From a virus (Duplodnaviria > Caudoviricetes): 64,000 nucleotides of DNA. Both the position numbers and the translations under genes were made by a program. Position 1 is the first letter of the stretch, and every line of letters starts with the position of its first letter. This document shows, piece by piece, positions 28,468 through 38,600 of the stretch. Where the stretch lies: IMG/VR virus record IMGVR_UViG_3300032312_001958. The stretch is one strand, 5' to 3'. The notes beneath the pieces are model-generated. The model was not told the DNA's origin, did no database searches, and was given only the letters and a program-made list of their open reading frames with translations.

Positions 28468-28632
28468 ATGAAAAACTTCAAACTAAAATTAACAGCCTGT
28501 ATGATGGCTTTGGCAATTGATATGATTTTAATTGTAAATGCTCCAAATAAATCAGTATTCACTATTGGTATTTTGTTGGCAGTAATCCAATCGGTTTTAT
28601 GGGGTAAACTAATGTCTGAAATTAAAGAATAA
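28468..28632 (+). CDS. 54-aa two-TM membrane peptide
   Basis: TATATTTG upstream, terminator downstream; below ORF-track cutoff. Confidence 0.65.
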   Translation: MKNFKLKLTACMMALAIDMILIVNAPNKSVFTIGILLAVIQSVLWGKLMSEIKE

Positions 28633-28658
28633 AAAAACCCCTCAAAGAGGGGTTTTTA

Positions 28659-28757
28659 TTAGAATACTTCTACTTCTTCCGTCATTAACTGATAGGCTCT
28701 TGCAAGTCGTGTCATTCCACCACCAAAACGTGGGAAGAAATTGTGAGATAAAAATAT
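28659..28757 (-). pseudogene. 3' remnant of a class II aaRS / AsnA-like gene
   Basis: Translates FLSHNFFPRFGGGMTRLARAYQL..*, resembling motif 3 GGGIGxxR with IG missing; no start, stop codon just upstream. Confidence 0.55.
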
Positions 28758-28765
28758 TTATTAAT

Positions 28766-28972
28766 ATGGAATTAGATAACATTAATCAATTAGTTTTTGA
28801 ATTTTTTGAAAGTAGGAGTGATTTAAAAAGTAAATTTTATGATTCACTTCATCGTTTAATTTTCGATAAAGAAAGTACTCATTTAAAAAATTTATTAATT
28901 TCTTATGAAAGTCAAATAATTGATTTTGAAAAAAGAAAAAATAAAAAAACTACAGAAAAAGAAAAAGAATAA
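28766..28972 (+). CDS. hypothetical protein
   Basis: TATTTAT then ATG; start reassigned. Confidence 0.6.
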   Translation: MELDNINQLVFEFFESRSDLKSKFYDSLHRLIFDKESTHLKNLLISYESQIIDFEKRKNKKTTEKEKE

Positions 28973-28986
28973 TTATTTTTTGATTA

Positions 28987-29169
28987 ATGATAGATTTTGG
29001 TATTAAACATAAAAATGTTTGTCAACAGTGCAGACGAGAAAAAGAAGATTGTTGTGAATTAACATCTTCTTTGTCTGATAAAAAGTACATATTGTGTTTA
29101 TCTTGTGTACGATTTTTTGACTACTTCTTAAATCACCCAAAAACTTTAAGACAAAAAAATAAAAAATAG
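28987..29169 (+). CDS. small CxxC..CxxC zinc-binding protein
   Basis: CQQC, CLSC. Confidence 0.55.
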   Translation: MIDFGIKHKNVCQQCRREKEDCCELTSSLSDKKYILCLSCVRFFDYFLNHPKTLRQKNKK

Positions 29170-29218
29170 AAAACAACTATATTTTTAAGTTTTTTGTAAA
29201 GAATAATATTTATTCTAT

Positions 29219-30637
29219 ATGAAAGAATTATTAACTGAGGGTGGAATACGTAATATTAACGAATTATCTAAAAGATACAAAAAAGCGAAAATTTATTTTC
29301 ATATGGACTTAGATGGTGTTACAACCGCTTTGGCCATGAAAAAATATTTGGAAGATAACGGAATCAAAGTTGTTGAATCAGAAATTATACAATACGGAGA
29401 CAAAGAATTTTCAGTTAGAAAAGCCGATGCTCATGGGGAAGTTATGCCAGTGTTAGTAGATTTCGCACATGGTAAACCAATGTTTATCGTACATACGGAC
29501 CATCATGATAGACAAGCGGGGGCCGAGGATACAGGGTCTAAATCATTTAGACAAGCTCGTTCAAATGTTGAAACTTTATCTCAAATAATACCTGCAAATG
29601 AAATTTTTACTCCTGAAGATGTTTCAACAATATCTATGGTCGATAGTGCTGACTACGCTTCTAAAAATATCACACCTAAAATGGTGATGAACTACGTATT
29701 TAATTTTGAAAAAGACAAATCCGCCAAAGAAAATAGAATGATGTTGGGATTGGTAACTAACAAATTATTGTTGGCATTTAAAAACAAACCCAATTTTCTT
29801 GAGAATTTAGTTATGACTGCAAAACCGTCAATACTCTCAATATTTAACATAATTAGTAAGGTAGTAAAAGAAAAAAACTATCCATCATCATCTGAGTTAG
29901 AAAAGAATAAAGAAGGATATATTAAATCAATGAAAAGCAGTCCAAACGTAAAAGTTGAGGACGGAATAATTGTTCAATATGGTGGTGGTAGTATGATAAA
30001 GGCCGGTTCATATGATAGGTACACTCCATTTGAAAATAATCCTGACGCCGACTTTTTGGTTATTGCTTGGCCATTAGGTTTATTACAAGCGTCTTGTAAT
30101 CCATTTAAAAAAGAAAGAGAATTAAAAGGGGTAAATCTTGGTGAAATTGCTCAAGAAGTTTTGAGTAAATGGGAAAGTAAATTAAAAGATAAAGTTATAC
30201 CACTGTCAACAATTAAGTGGATTTCAGAATCTGATAAATCTTTTAGTGAACAATCTGTAGGATTCACATTCAAAGACTTTGCGGCAATTTACGGTGAAAA
30301 AATGATGGACATTGATAATGGTATGGAATATTTGGGTATTATAAAAGACCTAATGTCAAAACCATTTAAAAGTTTAACAGACCAAGAGAAAGAATTATTA
30401 GATAAATTGGGTGTAACTGCTTGGGACATAATACAGGCAAATTCTGGTGGTCACAAATGTATTACTAACATTTCAGGTTTAAATTTCTTTGGTAGAAGTA
30501 AAAGGCCACCTGAAGGGAAATACAGTAAACCTGCGGATAGTGAAGATGCTGTATATGTTAAATTCTTAAAGACATTACAAAAAGAATTCGTACAAAAATT
30601 ACAAGAAAAAATTAAAGAATCTAAATCGGTAAAATAA
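29219..30637 (+). CDS. DHH-family phosphoesterase-like protein
   Basis: FHMDLDG, LVDF, TDHH, SGGH. Confidence 0.7.
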   Translation: MKELLTEGGIRNINELSKRYKKAKIYFHMDLDGVTTALAMKKYLEDNGIKVVESEIIQYGDKEFSVRKADAHGEVMPVLVDFAHGKPMFIVHTDHHDRQAGAEDTGSKSFRQARSNVETLSQIIPANEIFTPEDVSTISMVDSADYASKNITPKMVMNYVFNFEKDKSAKENRMMLGLVTNKLLLAFKNKPNFLENLVMTAKPSILSIFNIISKVVKEKNYPSSSELEKNKEGYIKSMKSSPNVKVEDGIIVQYGGGSMIKAGSYDRYTPFENNPDADFLVIAWPLGLLQASCNPFKKERELKGVNLGEIAQEVLSKWESKLKDKVIPLSTIKWISESDKSFSEQSVGFTFKDFAAIYGEKMMDIDNGMEYLGIIKDLMSKPFKSLTDQEKELLDKLGVTAWDIIQANSGGHKCITNISGLNFFGRSKRPPEGKYSKPADSEDAVYVKFLKTLQKEFVQKLQEKIKESKSVK

Positions 30638-30968
30638 TTTTATCTCCGACATTTATTTTATTTTTTTGACAATATCCTGAAGGTAATTCTAATACGTAAT
30701 TACCTGATGAGCAGTATCTTGGACAATCTTCAGAGTTACATTTTTCACATGAGTTGAATATCTTAACGATTTCAAATTTTTCATTTAGAAATAAAATGTC
30801 TAAATCAATTATACAATCTTTCATCCAAAAACAATCGTAATCATCACCAATTAAAAATAACATACACCCAAACCCATCAAAAGTTTTGTTTTGCATACCT
30901 TCCATTTTTTCTTTTGGTGTTGAACAAACCTTACATGTTAATTTTTTACCTTTAAGTGAAATTTTCAT
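30621..30968 (-). CDS. DUF192 family protein
   Basis: MLF, FWMKDC..LDILF, YVLELPSG. Confidence 0.85.
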   Translation of the reverse strand: MKISLKGKKLTCKVCSTPKEKMEGMQNKTFDGFGCMLFLIGDDYDCFWMKDCIIDLDILFLNEKFEIVKIFNSCEKCNSEDCPRYCSSGNYVLELPSGYCQKNKINVGDKIILPI

Positions 30969-31027
30969 ATTATATAAATAGATTGATTTTTTATTTGATT
31001 GTAGTATTTATAGTATATTGAAATGTT

Positions 31028-31390
31028 ATGAGTAAAAAAATTAATATAAACGAATCCGAAAAAGAAAGAATCCTCAATTTACATAATGACCCATCTTTAA
31101 AAAGAAAATTATTTGAAACTGAGGTACCTGAAACTTTAACTCCTGAAACTCTTAAGCCAAGAACTAAGGATGAATTTATGAAAGTTTTTAATATGGGACA
31201 AAATTACCCATGTTCATTCCAACACGGACATTTTAAAGTTGATGACACTCAATTAAATGCTCCTGATAAGGATGACTTTGAAATAAAAGATGGTACTACA
31301 GGAAACGTTTATCACGACGCGGTTAAAGTTTATTTCAAACCAAATCCGTCCTTTGAAGGACACAAACCTGTTGCGATTGTTTTATTTTAA
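31028..31390 (+). CDS. protein with INESEKERILNLH leader
   Basis: Leader. Confidence 0.75.
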   Translation: MSKKININESEKERILNLHNDPSLKRKLFETEVPETLTPETLKPRTKDEFMKVFNMGQNYPCSFQHGHFKVDDTQLNAPDKDDFEIKDGTTGNVYHDAVKVYFKPNPSFEGHKPVAIVLF

Positions 31391-32085
31391 AACTCTATTT
31401 GTTTTTCAAATAATACGTGATGTTCGTAATCTTCTTCGTTAACACCTATAGATAATTGAACCAAGTTGTCATCGGTATATATTTCAAAATAACCCTGAGA
31501 ACCTTCATTTATTTCCCATCCTCCATAATTTGATTCTAACATGTTATAAAGAAAGTCATTAAAGGATGCTGGCAATTCCACTTCTATATCTCCATTACCT
31601 AATCCACGTTCATCAATATATCCGCTATCACCACCTCCGTTGAAATCTACTCTAATGGTTCTAATTCCTTCTGATTTCCACTTGGTAATCTCCTCAATCA
31701 TTTCTTTATCAGTAATTTCTTTTTCATTACCATAATCTCTTGTATTTGTGATAGATTCTCTATCCTCAATAGACAATGATTGATTTTTAACGGTATATCT
31801 AACATAAATATTGTGATTATTATCCCAATCTATGTTATCCCAAATTGACTCATTATTTACAACTACTTCATATAATTTTTCAAAAAAATTTCTTAATTTT
31901 TCAGGAACTTTTGGTTCAAATGCTCCCTGGACGTATGGATGAAACCAACCAGAGTCAACGTCTCCTCCGGCATTAACGTAGAATTCTGCGGATATGTATT
32001 CTCCACCTTCACTTTTTAACCAAAAATGAAGTAATTTAAATAATTTTTTATTTTCAGGATTTGATATAAATTCTTGTAAAGTCAT
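31387..32085 (-). CDS. hypothetical protein (DUF6878-like C-terminus)
   Basis: FNGGGDSGYI, GWEINEGSQG. Confidence 0.6.
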   Translation of the reverse strand: MTLQEFISNPENKKLFKLLHFWLKSEGGEYISAEFYVNAGGDVDSGWFHPYVQGAFEPKVPEKLRNFFEKLYEVVVNNESIWDNIDWDNNHNIYVRYTVKNQSLSIEDRESITNTRDYGNEKEITDKEMIEEITKWKSEGIRTIRVDFNGGGDSGYIDERGLGNGDIEVELPASFNDFLYNMLESNYGGWEINEGSQGYFEIYTDDNLVQLSIGVNEEDYEHHVLFEKQIEF

Positions 32086-32096
32086 ACTGATAAATA

Positions 32097-32450
32097 TTAA
32101 TCATTTATTTCTAATTCTAATGTTCTTAACATCCACATAGGTTTTTTTTCATTTTGAATTGCGTCAATCCATTCTTTTGCGGTTGGTATGTACCCATTAC
32201 AATCTTCTTTAACATGTTGTTCTCCGACATACCTCGTATATACTACAATATCATCACTATTAATAAATGATGGACCAAACCTTTTCTCCATTTCAAATAT
32301 ACCTTCCGAATGATGTCTAAACATTCTATGTGTAGAATGTCCGTACCAAGCCTTGGTTTCATCTAACCATTCATGTAAATGAATATAATCTTCCCATTTA
32401 CCTCCAAATTTTTTTACTGAACTTTTTGCATGTAATATTGGATGTGCCAT
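32097..32450 (-). CDS. DUF6915-like protein
   Basis: MAHPILHAKSS..FGG, HRMFRHH, GEQHVKED. Confidence 0.7.
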   Translation of the reverse strand: MAHPILHAKSSVKKFGGKWEDYIHLHEWLDETKAWYGHSTHRMFRHHSEGIFEMEKRFGPSFINSDDIVVYTRYVGEQHVKEDCNGYIPTAKEWIDAIQNEKKPMWMLRTLELEIND

Positions 32451-32716
32451 TATTTTTTAATTGATGTTGTTAATACGTAATCTGTGTCTAAACTTAAAAA
32501 TTTCCAAGCATCTAAAATCAAAATTTCTAATGCTTCAGGAAATATCTCTATTGATAAATCATAGTCAGTAGGGATAAGTACTACTGACATATGAATTTTT
32601 TTTAGTTGTGTTGAATATCCCATTGTATCAATAACAATAGTTGAACCTGTACCAAAAAAAGAATCAATATCTTTTTTATATAATTTATTTATTAATTTTT
32701 CAAAGTATTGATTCAT
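32450..32716 (-). CDS. hypothetical protein
   Basis: Start reassigned to MNQYF. Confidence 0.65.
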   Translation of the reverse strand: MNQYFEKLINKLYKKDIDSFFGTGSTIVIDTMGYSTQLKKIHMSVVLIPTDYDLSIEIFPEALEILILDAWKFLSLDTDYVLTTSIKK

Positions 32717-32731
32717 TATATTTATAATAAT

Positions 32732-33037
32732 ATGACAAACGAACAAAAAGCTAAAGTTTATATTAAAGGATTACGTAAATTTTTAGATAAAATCCCAAAT
32801 CTTATAGAGTATAAAATATTGGATGAAAATCAAATTTATGAGGCTATTGTTAATAATAAAGATAAGTGGTTTTGGAGGGTCGATATTGTTATAGAATACT
32901 ATATTGAAATGGATAAAAAAGAAGATTCTAATTGGGTCGGAAATCTACACAAATATGTAAATTTACTTTCAAAAAGTTTAGAAATTGAAAATATAATTTT
33001 ACCTGATATTACTTTTAAGGCGAAAGTTAGGGAATAA
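32732..33037 (+). CDS. hypothetical protein
   Basis: TATTTATA then ATG; start reassigned. Confidence 0.65.
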   Translation: MTNEQKAKVYIKGLRKFLDKIPNLIEYKILDENQIYEAIVNNKDKWFWRVDIVIEYYIEMDKKEDSNWVGNLHKYVNLLSKSLEIENIILPDITFKAKVRE

Positions 33038-33371
33038 TATAATACCTCAACTCCAAAGTATTTATTCTATCATTGTAAACAAGTTTAATAAAAGATTTTA
33101 TGTGAGTTCTTATTTCTTTATAATGTGACCCATCTAAATATTTTACAAAATACTCGGATAGGTACCCATCACTTGTTTGTATGATATCTAAAAGTGTTAA
33201 ATTAGAACCTGTCATTTTTAAAAATGTAGGTAATTTAATTTTTACTTCATAGATAACGTCTAATTTATCATCTTTTTTATCTACGGAAATCAAGTTTGCA
33301 TCCTCCAAAAAATCATAATTTTTTAGTAAAAACTTTTTTATAGTTTTTTGAAGAATATCAAACTTGTCCAT
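33027..33371 (-). CDS. hypothetical protein
   Basis: 114-aa ORF. Confidence 0.65.
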   Translation of the reverse strand: MDKFDILQKTIKKFLLKNYDFLEDANLISVDKKDDKLDVIYEVKIKLPTFLKMTGSNLTLLDIIQTSDGYLSEYFVKYLDGSHYKEIRTHIKSFIKLVYNDRINTLELRYYIIP

Positions 33372-33400
33372 AGTGTTAATAATAATAAATAAAAAATTAT

Positions 33401-33541
33401 TTATCTACCTTGTCCTCGGTAAGCTTTTTTGTAATTTTTTGACCTTTTATTATTAGTCATTTTTTTAGAAAATCTACCAGATTTTTTCACACCGAAAGTA
33501 ACCTTACTTGATGTGCCCCCTTTTGATACTTTTGCTGCCAT
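33401..33541 (-). CDS. 46-aa basic peptide ending SKNYKKAYRGQGR
   Basis: Clean ATG-TAA ORF below track cutoff. Confidence 0.7.
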   Translation of the reverse strand: MAAKVSKGGTSSKVTFGVKKSGRFSKKMTNNKRSKNYKKAYRGQGR

Positions 33542-33642
33542 TATATATTATTTGCCAATAAGTATTTCATTATTTTATATTTTATGAATATTTATCTTAA
33601 AAGAACTTAGGTTCATAAATTTTAAACCCAAATTAATGGATA

Positions 33643-33846
33643 GTGATGACTTGGAGACAAATATTTCACAGAAATGTTGCAACATATTGTCTAATGGCTG
33701 GAATGTTTTTCAATCCTTTAGGATTCGACATCATTTTCAAAATGATTTTAGATGCCACGAATTCTTATTGGATTACCACAAGTATTTTTTATGGTATATC
33801 ACTATCATTTTTTGGATTATATTTTTTATTTCGTAAAAAACAATGA
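33643..33846 (+). CDS. small membrane protein
   Basis: FFNPLGFD plus two hydrophobic helices. Confidence 0.7.
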   Translation: MMTWRQIFHRNVATYCLMAGMFFNPLGFDIIFKMILDATNSYWITTSIFYGISLSFFGLYFLFRKKQ

Positions 33847-34421
33847 AAAATTCAATTAGTGACGTGACTCCACAAAAAATTTCTGAGGCATTAAATTACC
33901 ATTTAGATAATAATATCCCAATTACTGAAAATGTTTTTAGACCTCATTCTCAATCATTTTTTAATTTAATTAATGAAGTTAGAAGTTTATATATGAATGA
34001 CCAAATTTCTTTAGATGAAGAAGAAATTGAATTAATTGAGACTGAAATTGGTAACACAGCAATCTTACAAGATGGTACTAAAGTTTATTTGGATATTCCA
34101 TTATCTGAGGAGTTTTTAAATGAAGCGGAATATAATGGTAAAAAAGTTGAACTTGGGAAACCAAGAAGAAATACAGGTGGAGGTAAAAAATATGTTGTTT
34201 ACGTTAAAAATCCATCTACAGGAAGAGTTAAGAAAATATCTTTTGGTGACGTTCATGGGGGGTTAACTGCTAAAGTTTCTAATCCAAAAGCACGAAAGGC
34301 ATTTGCGTCAAGACATAATTGTAAGTCTAAAAAAGATAGAATGACTGCTGGTTATTGGGCGTGTCGTTTAAATAGATTCGGTCACTTGTGGGGTGGTAAA
34401 ACTTATCCGGGGTATTGGTAA
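33843..34421 (+). CDS. phage protein with basic C-terminal domain
   Basis: KKYVVYVKNP..KISFGD..FASRHNC..AGYWAC. Confidence 0.8.
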   Translation: MKNSISDVTPQKISEALNYHLDNNIPITENVFRPHSQSFFNLINEVRSLYMNDQISLDEEEIELIETEIGNTAILQDGTKVYLDIPLSEEFLNEAEYNGKKVELGKPRRNTGGGKKYVVYVKNPSTGRVKKISFGDVHGGLTAKVSNPKARKAFASRHNCKSKKDRMTAGYWACRLNRFGHLWGGKTYPGYW

Positions 34422-34424
34422 TAT

Positions 34425-34697
34425 ATGAAACCTTATATTGATTCTGAGATTACTGAAAATTCTAAAATAAGAGTATTCAATTCTGAAGTTGATTCAGGTG
34501 AACTACATTGGCATAGAGACCGAGAAACACGATTAGTTGAGGTTATTGAGGGTGATGGATGGTTTTTACAATTAGATAACGAATTACCCGTTAAAATGGA
34601 GATAGGTGGTAAGTATCTTATTCCCGAAGGTATTTATCATAGGATAAAAAAGGGTAATGGTGATTTAAAAATAAGAATAATTTTTGATAATGAATGA
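34425..34697 (+). CDS. cupin-fold protein
   Basis: WHRD..E, IPEGIYHRI. Confidence 0.7.
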   Translation: MKPYIDSEITENSKIRVFNSEVDSGELHWHRDRETRLVEVIEGDGWFLQLDNELPVKMEIGGKYLIPEGIYHRIKKGNGDLKIRIIFDNE

Positions 34698-36195
34698 TTA
34701 TAAAGACATATTAATAAAAACAAAACTTCTAATAGAATATGATAGAGGTAAAACTGTTTTAGAAAATAATGTGTTACTTGAACAACAACTTGAGTATGAT
34801 TCTTATTATAAAAAGGAATTTTTATCCAAAAGAATACAATCTTCCCTTTTTGACTCAGTCGGTGTCCCGTATGGGGCCAGACCTAATGAAAGTAGATTCC
34901 GTGTTCAAACTCAAAGTGAGTGGTATGCGGTTTTTGCTTTATGGTATAGTCAAGAAATAGAGTCATTGTTAGCGGCAAAATGGCAATACAAACCTGAGGG
35001 AGCATGTCCTAAAAATTTGAAAATGCCTAAAAAAGAACTTTGTAAAAGTAATATTAAGAAAAGATTAGAGTACAATAGTAAATCTTCTGCAGATTACAAC
35101 GTTCAAACCATCTGTTATGACGAGGAAATTTTTTATAGTAAACCTTTTGATAAGATTAATTATAATAATTTAACTGTTAGTGACGGAAGATTGAGTAGTT
35201 CAAGTATTAATAGATATAATGGACACATACCTAGTTATGCTGATGTAATTGCTTGTTATGGTCCAAACTTTATTGACACATTTAATTTAATTCAAAAAAG
35301 TAATTTGAGTTTATTTTACAATAGAAGTGCTAGAGGTATGAAACCAGGACAACAATCAGTCCAATTATCTGATATAACATATAAAGGATTTACCATGGAT
35401 GATTTACATAATCTATTGATGGTTTTAGAAATAGGGACTGCGTTCATTCCTGTTGCGGGTCCTGTTATATCAGCGGCTTTAGGAACTGTAGATGCCTCAT
35501 TATATTACGCCGAAGGGGATAAGGATATGGGAGTATTCATGTTGTTAGTAACTTTGGTACCTGAACTTAAAGTTGCAAGTAATATAACCAAAAGTGCTAA
35601 ATTAATGAAAGGGCAAAAGGAGATTGAAAAAAGAATATTACAAGGTAAAGGTTTAAAAAACCTCACACAATTTGAGCTTGAATTTATAGAAGGATTAAAA
35701 ACTCTTAATCCAAAACAATTAAATAAAGAATTAACCGAATCTATAGGTAGAAGAGCTGATAATATACTACAAACACAATCTAAAAATTTAACAGAACAAC
35801 AAAAAGCATATTTAAGACAATATTCTAAAATATATAATACTGAATATTTTGCTTTAGATATGTTAACTGCGGCAGTTGCCGCAACCCAAACGAAAATTGG
35901 GAAAGAATTACTAAATAGATTATCTAATTTATTTGTTAAAAACAATATTGAGTTAGATGAAAAAACTGCTCAAAAAATAATTAAATCTTTTGGTGAATTA
36001 GAACCAAAAAATCAGGAAACTTTAGTAACTGTTTTTGAAGAGAACAAAGAAGAATTTGTGGCATTTGCTAATAATCCTGAAGAGATAACTACCGCCCTGA
36101 AAGGACAAATAAAAACAAAATCAAAATCAAAACAATTTGCAACAAAGGATGAGATGAGTCAGATGCTCGAAGTCATACCTGACGATTTTGATTAA
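34690..36195 (+). CDS. large hypothetical protein with hydrophobic hairpin
   Basis: GTAFIPVAGPVISAALGTVDASLYYAEGD. Confidence 0.75.
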   Translation: MNDYKDILIKTKLLIEYDRGKTVLENNVLLEQQLEYDSYYKKEFLSKRIQSSLFDSVGVPYGARPNESRFRVQTQSEWYAVFALWYSQEIESLLAAKWQYKPEGACPKNLKMPKKELCKSNIKKRLEYNSKSSADYNVQTICYDEEIFYSKPFDKINYNNLTVSDGRLSSSSINRYNGHIPSYADVIACYGPNFIDTFNLIQKSNLSLFYNRSARGMKPGQQSVQLSDITYKGFTMDDLHNLLMVLEIGTAFIPVAGPVISAALGTVDASLYYAEGDKDMGVFMLLVTLVPELKVASNITKSAKLMKGQKEIEKRILQGKGLKNLTQFELEFIEGLKTLNPKQLNKELTESIGRRADNILQTQSKNLTEQQKAYLRQYSKIYNTEYFALDMLTAAVAATQTKIGKELLNRLSNLFVKNNIELDEKTAQKIIKSFGELEPKNQETLVTVFEENKEEFVAFANNPEEITTALKGQIKTKSKSKQFATKDEMSQMLEVIPDDFD

Positions 36196-36225
36196 TTTTA
36201 ATATTTATATAAAAATAACAACTTT

Positions 36226-37386
36226 ATGAAAAAATTTTTTATAACAGAGTCTGAAATAAAACATATTAAATCCTTATATATTACGGAAGATATTTTAAAT
36301 GAGGGAATACCTGGTCTTAGTTCGGCTGTTAAAGTGGGTATGAAACAAGGGTTAGGAGATGCATCCAAAGCCGAATTAAAGAAGATGATTCAAAAATCAT
36401 TTCCTAAAGAGAATGTAGATGATGTATATAAAAGATTTGAATCAGAATTTGTATCCTCTAAAAATCCGGATAAGGTGATTGAAAAATACTTTAAAGGAGC
36501 TCAAGACGACATGTTAGAAGATTTTTGTCAAATTTTGGCAAAAGAAAGTCCAAGTAAATTCTCAAGATATTCTTTAGATGTAATAAGTACTCCTGAAACC
36601 AGTCGTATTATACGATATGCAGTTGAAAATCCTGAAAAATATACTTTAGAACAATTAGAAAAAATTGATGGTGGTTATAGAGATATTTTAGAAACCTTAG
36701 ATGATACTGACCCATTTACTTTAGAAGTTAAAAATAACTTGGAAACACAATATGGGGATAAATTAAAACAAAACATCGAATCAAAAAAAGGAGCATCGTC
36801 ATCCTCCTCCTCCTCATCAAAATTGGATGAATTAGGAATCACGACTCAAATTCAAAATTATTTAAATCCTAATAGATTTGATGGTTTAAATAGACAAGCA
36901 TTTGATGCCCAATTTGTACTTACAAAAAATAATTTATCACGTACATCTGACATATTTTCAAACCAAACATTATTAAATGACTTGTTTGGTACCATTTTTT
37001 CAAAAAACGCAACTGCAGAACAAATCCAAGAGTTACTTAATGCTATGAGTATGAAAATAGCATTTAATAAAGAACAACAAGAAGTTTTTGGTAAATTATT
37101 AAATTATTTTTCAACAGGTAAAAACCCTTCATTTGGAAAATATCAAACCCCATGGTTAAATGACCTTGCGAATATGAGTTCAAGCGCTTGGAACGGTGCT
37201 AAACCTATTGTTGAACCTATAGCAGATAAATTAGTAAAGAAAGGTGTTAAAGCTTTAAAAGTTGCGGGAATTACTGTTGGGATTGTGGTTTTCTTAGTTA
37301 TTGTTTTACTATTTTCGGCAATTTCAGCGTTAAGAGGTGGGGGAAGTAAGAAAGAAAGAAAATATAATTCTAAGTACGAAGATTAA
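36226..37386 (+). CDS. ITESE-leader protein with C-terminal TM helix
   Basis: Leader; poly-Ser linker; VAGITVGIVVFLVIVLLF. Confidence 0.8.
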   Translation: MKKFFITESEIKHIKSLYITEDILNEGIPGLSSAVKVGMKQGLGDASKAELKKMIQKSFPKENVDDVYKRFESEFVSSKNPDKVIEKYFKGAQDDMLEDFCQILAKESPSKFSRYSLDVISTPETSRIIRYAVENPEKYTLEQLEKIDGGYRDILETLDDTDPFTLEVKNNLETQYGDKLKQNIESKKGASSSSSSSSKLDELGITTQIQNYLNPNRFDGLNRQAFDAQFVLTKNNLSRTSDIFSNQTLLNDLFGTIFSKNATAEQIQELLNAMSMKIAFNKEQQEVFGKLLNYFSTGKNPSFGKYQTPWLNDLANMSSSAWNGAKPIVEPIADKLVKKGVKALKVAGITVGIVVFLVIVLLFSAISALRGGGSKKERKYNSKYED

Positions 37387-38006
37387 TTAAATTTTTTTAA
37401 TATTTTTTCAAAAATATTTTTTAAAGTTTTAGAAGTAATTATTGTTAATCCCCAAGCGGAGACTCTCTTAGTTAGTTCTAAAATTTCATCATCAGTTATT
37501 GAGTGTGATGTTGAGATTTGTAATAATATAGGAATTATTGGAATTAAAAAAGAATACGCAATAATTCCTGACATTGTGTTAACAGTTATATTTAACCCAC
37601 TTAAAAAATTTAAAAAAGTATTTTTTAAATCTGAGGCCTTTTCTTTAACAATTAAAAAATTTTCATAAAGACCTTTTTCTTTTAATAAATTTTTAATTTT
37701 TTTAAAATTATCAGAATTTTGAAAAATTACTGAAAACACTACACCAATTAAAATTAAGGATTTGTCGGTTGAGGTTAACTCGGGCATTTGTCCGTCAATT
37801 AACTGACTTAAAGGAGTTAAAAACCCGCCAATTGCCGAACTCCATGTTAATAATAATTTAAAATCTAAACTTAAACTACCTTTAACTTCTGAGTATATTT
37901 TTTTTACTAAATTTTCGGAATTATTTTTTACATTTTCTAAATCATTAGAAACTGATTCAATAATCAATAATCGTCTTTGTGATTCACTTAATATTAATGT
38001 TGACAT
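37383..38006 (-). CDS. multi-TM protein with LSESQ leader
   Basis: 3-4 hydrophobic segments. Confidence 0.75.
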   Translation of the reverse strand: MSTLILSESQRRLLIIESVSNDLENVKNNSENLVKKIYSEVKGSLSLDFKLLLTWSSAIGGFLTPLSQLIDGQMPELTSTDKSLILIGVVFSVIFQNSDNFKKIKNLLKEKGLYENFLIVKEKASDLKNTFLNFLSGLNITVNTMSGIIAYSFLIPIIPILLQISTSHSITDDEILELTKRVSAWGLTIITSKTLKNIFEKILKKFN

Positions 38007-38018
38007 ATTTATAAATAT

Positions 38019-38600
38019 ATGAGTAAAAGAATTAAACCTGAATTGAAAATTGGTGACAGGATAGTTTGTCTAGAAATGGAGGATGAACCAAAATATTTTG
38101 GAGAAAGGGGTACAGTTACCAAAATTAATAAAGGACCCGGATTTCTTCAATATAATGTGGAATGGGATAATGGGGGTGGACTTTTTTTACTTGATACCGA
38201 TTCATGGATTTTAGAAAAAGATTTCAAAAAAAAATCAAAAATTAACGAAAATGATGACGTTAATAAACTTGCGGAAAATTCTAAAATATTGAAATATTTC
38301 AAAATGTTGGAAATAAAAAAATATTTGGATTTATTAAGAGAAACAGGTATTGTAAATATGTTTGGAGCATCACCATATCTTTATATTGGGGGTAATATTC
38401 TTAAAAAAGAACATTACGATGTTGAAGACGATAATTTTGAAGATTTGGTAGAACTGGCGGATAACACTAGAAACATAATCATTAGAGGTTCCATGAAAAT
38501 GTTAGAAGATGAGGGTAAAGAAATTACTCCTGAAAATGTTAACAAAGTTATTAGACGTTACTCCCCAAAAATTCTATCTTTTTGGATGACTCATTATTGA
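38019..38600 (+). CDS. two-domain hypothetical protein
   Basis: SH3-like GDRIV..GTV..VEWDNG; LRETGIVNMFGASPYL. Confidence 0.75.
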   Translation: MSKRIKPELKIGDRIVCLEMEDEPKYFGERGTVTKINKGPGFLQYNVEWDNGGGLFLLDTDSWILEKDFKKKSKINENDDVNKLAENSKILKYFKMLEIKKYLDLLRETGIVNMFGASPYLYIGGNILKKEHYDVEDDNFEDLVELADNTRNIIIRGSMKMLEDEGKEITPENVNKVIRRYSPKILSFWMTHY

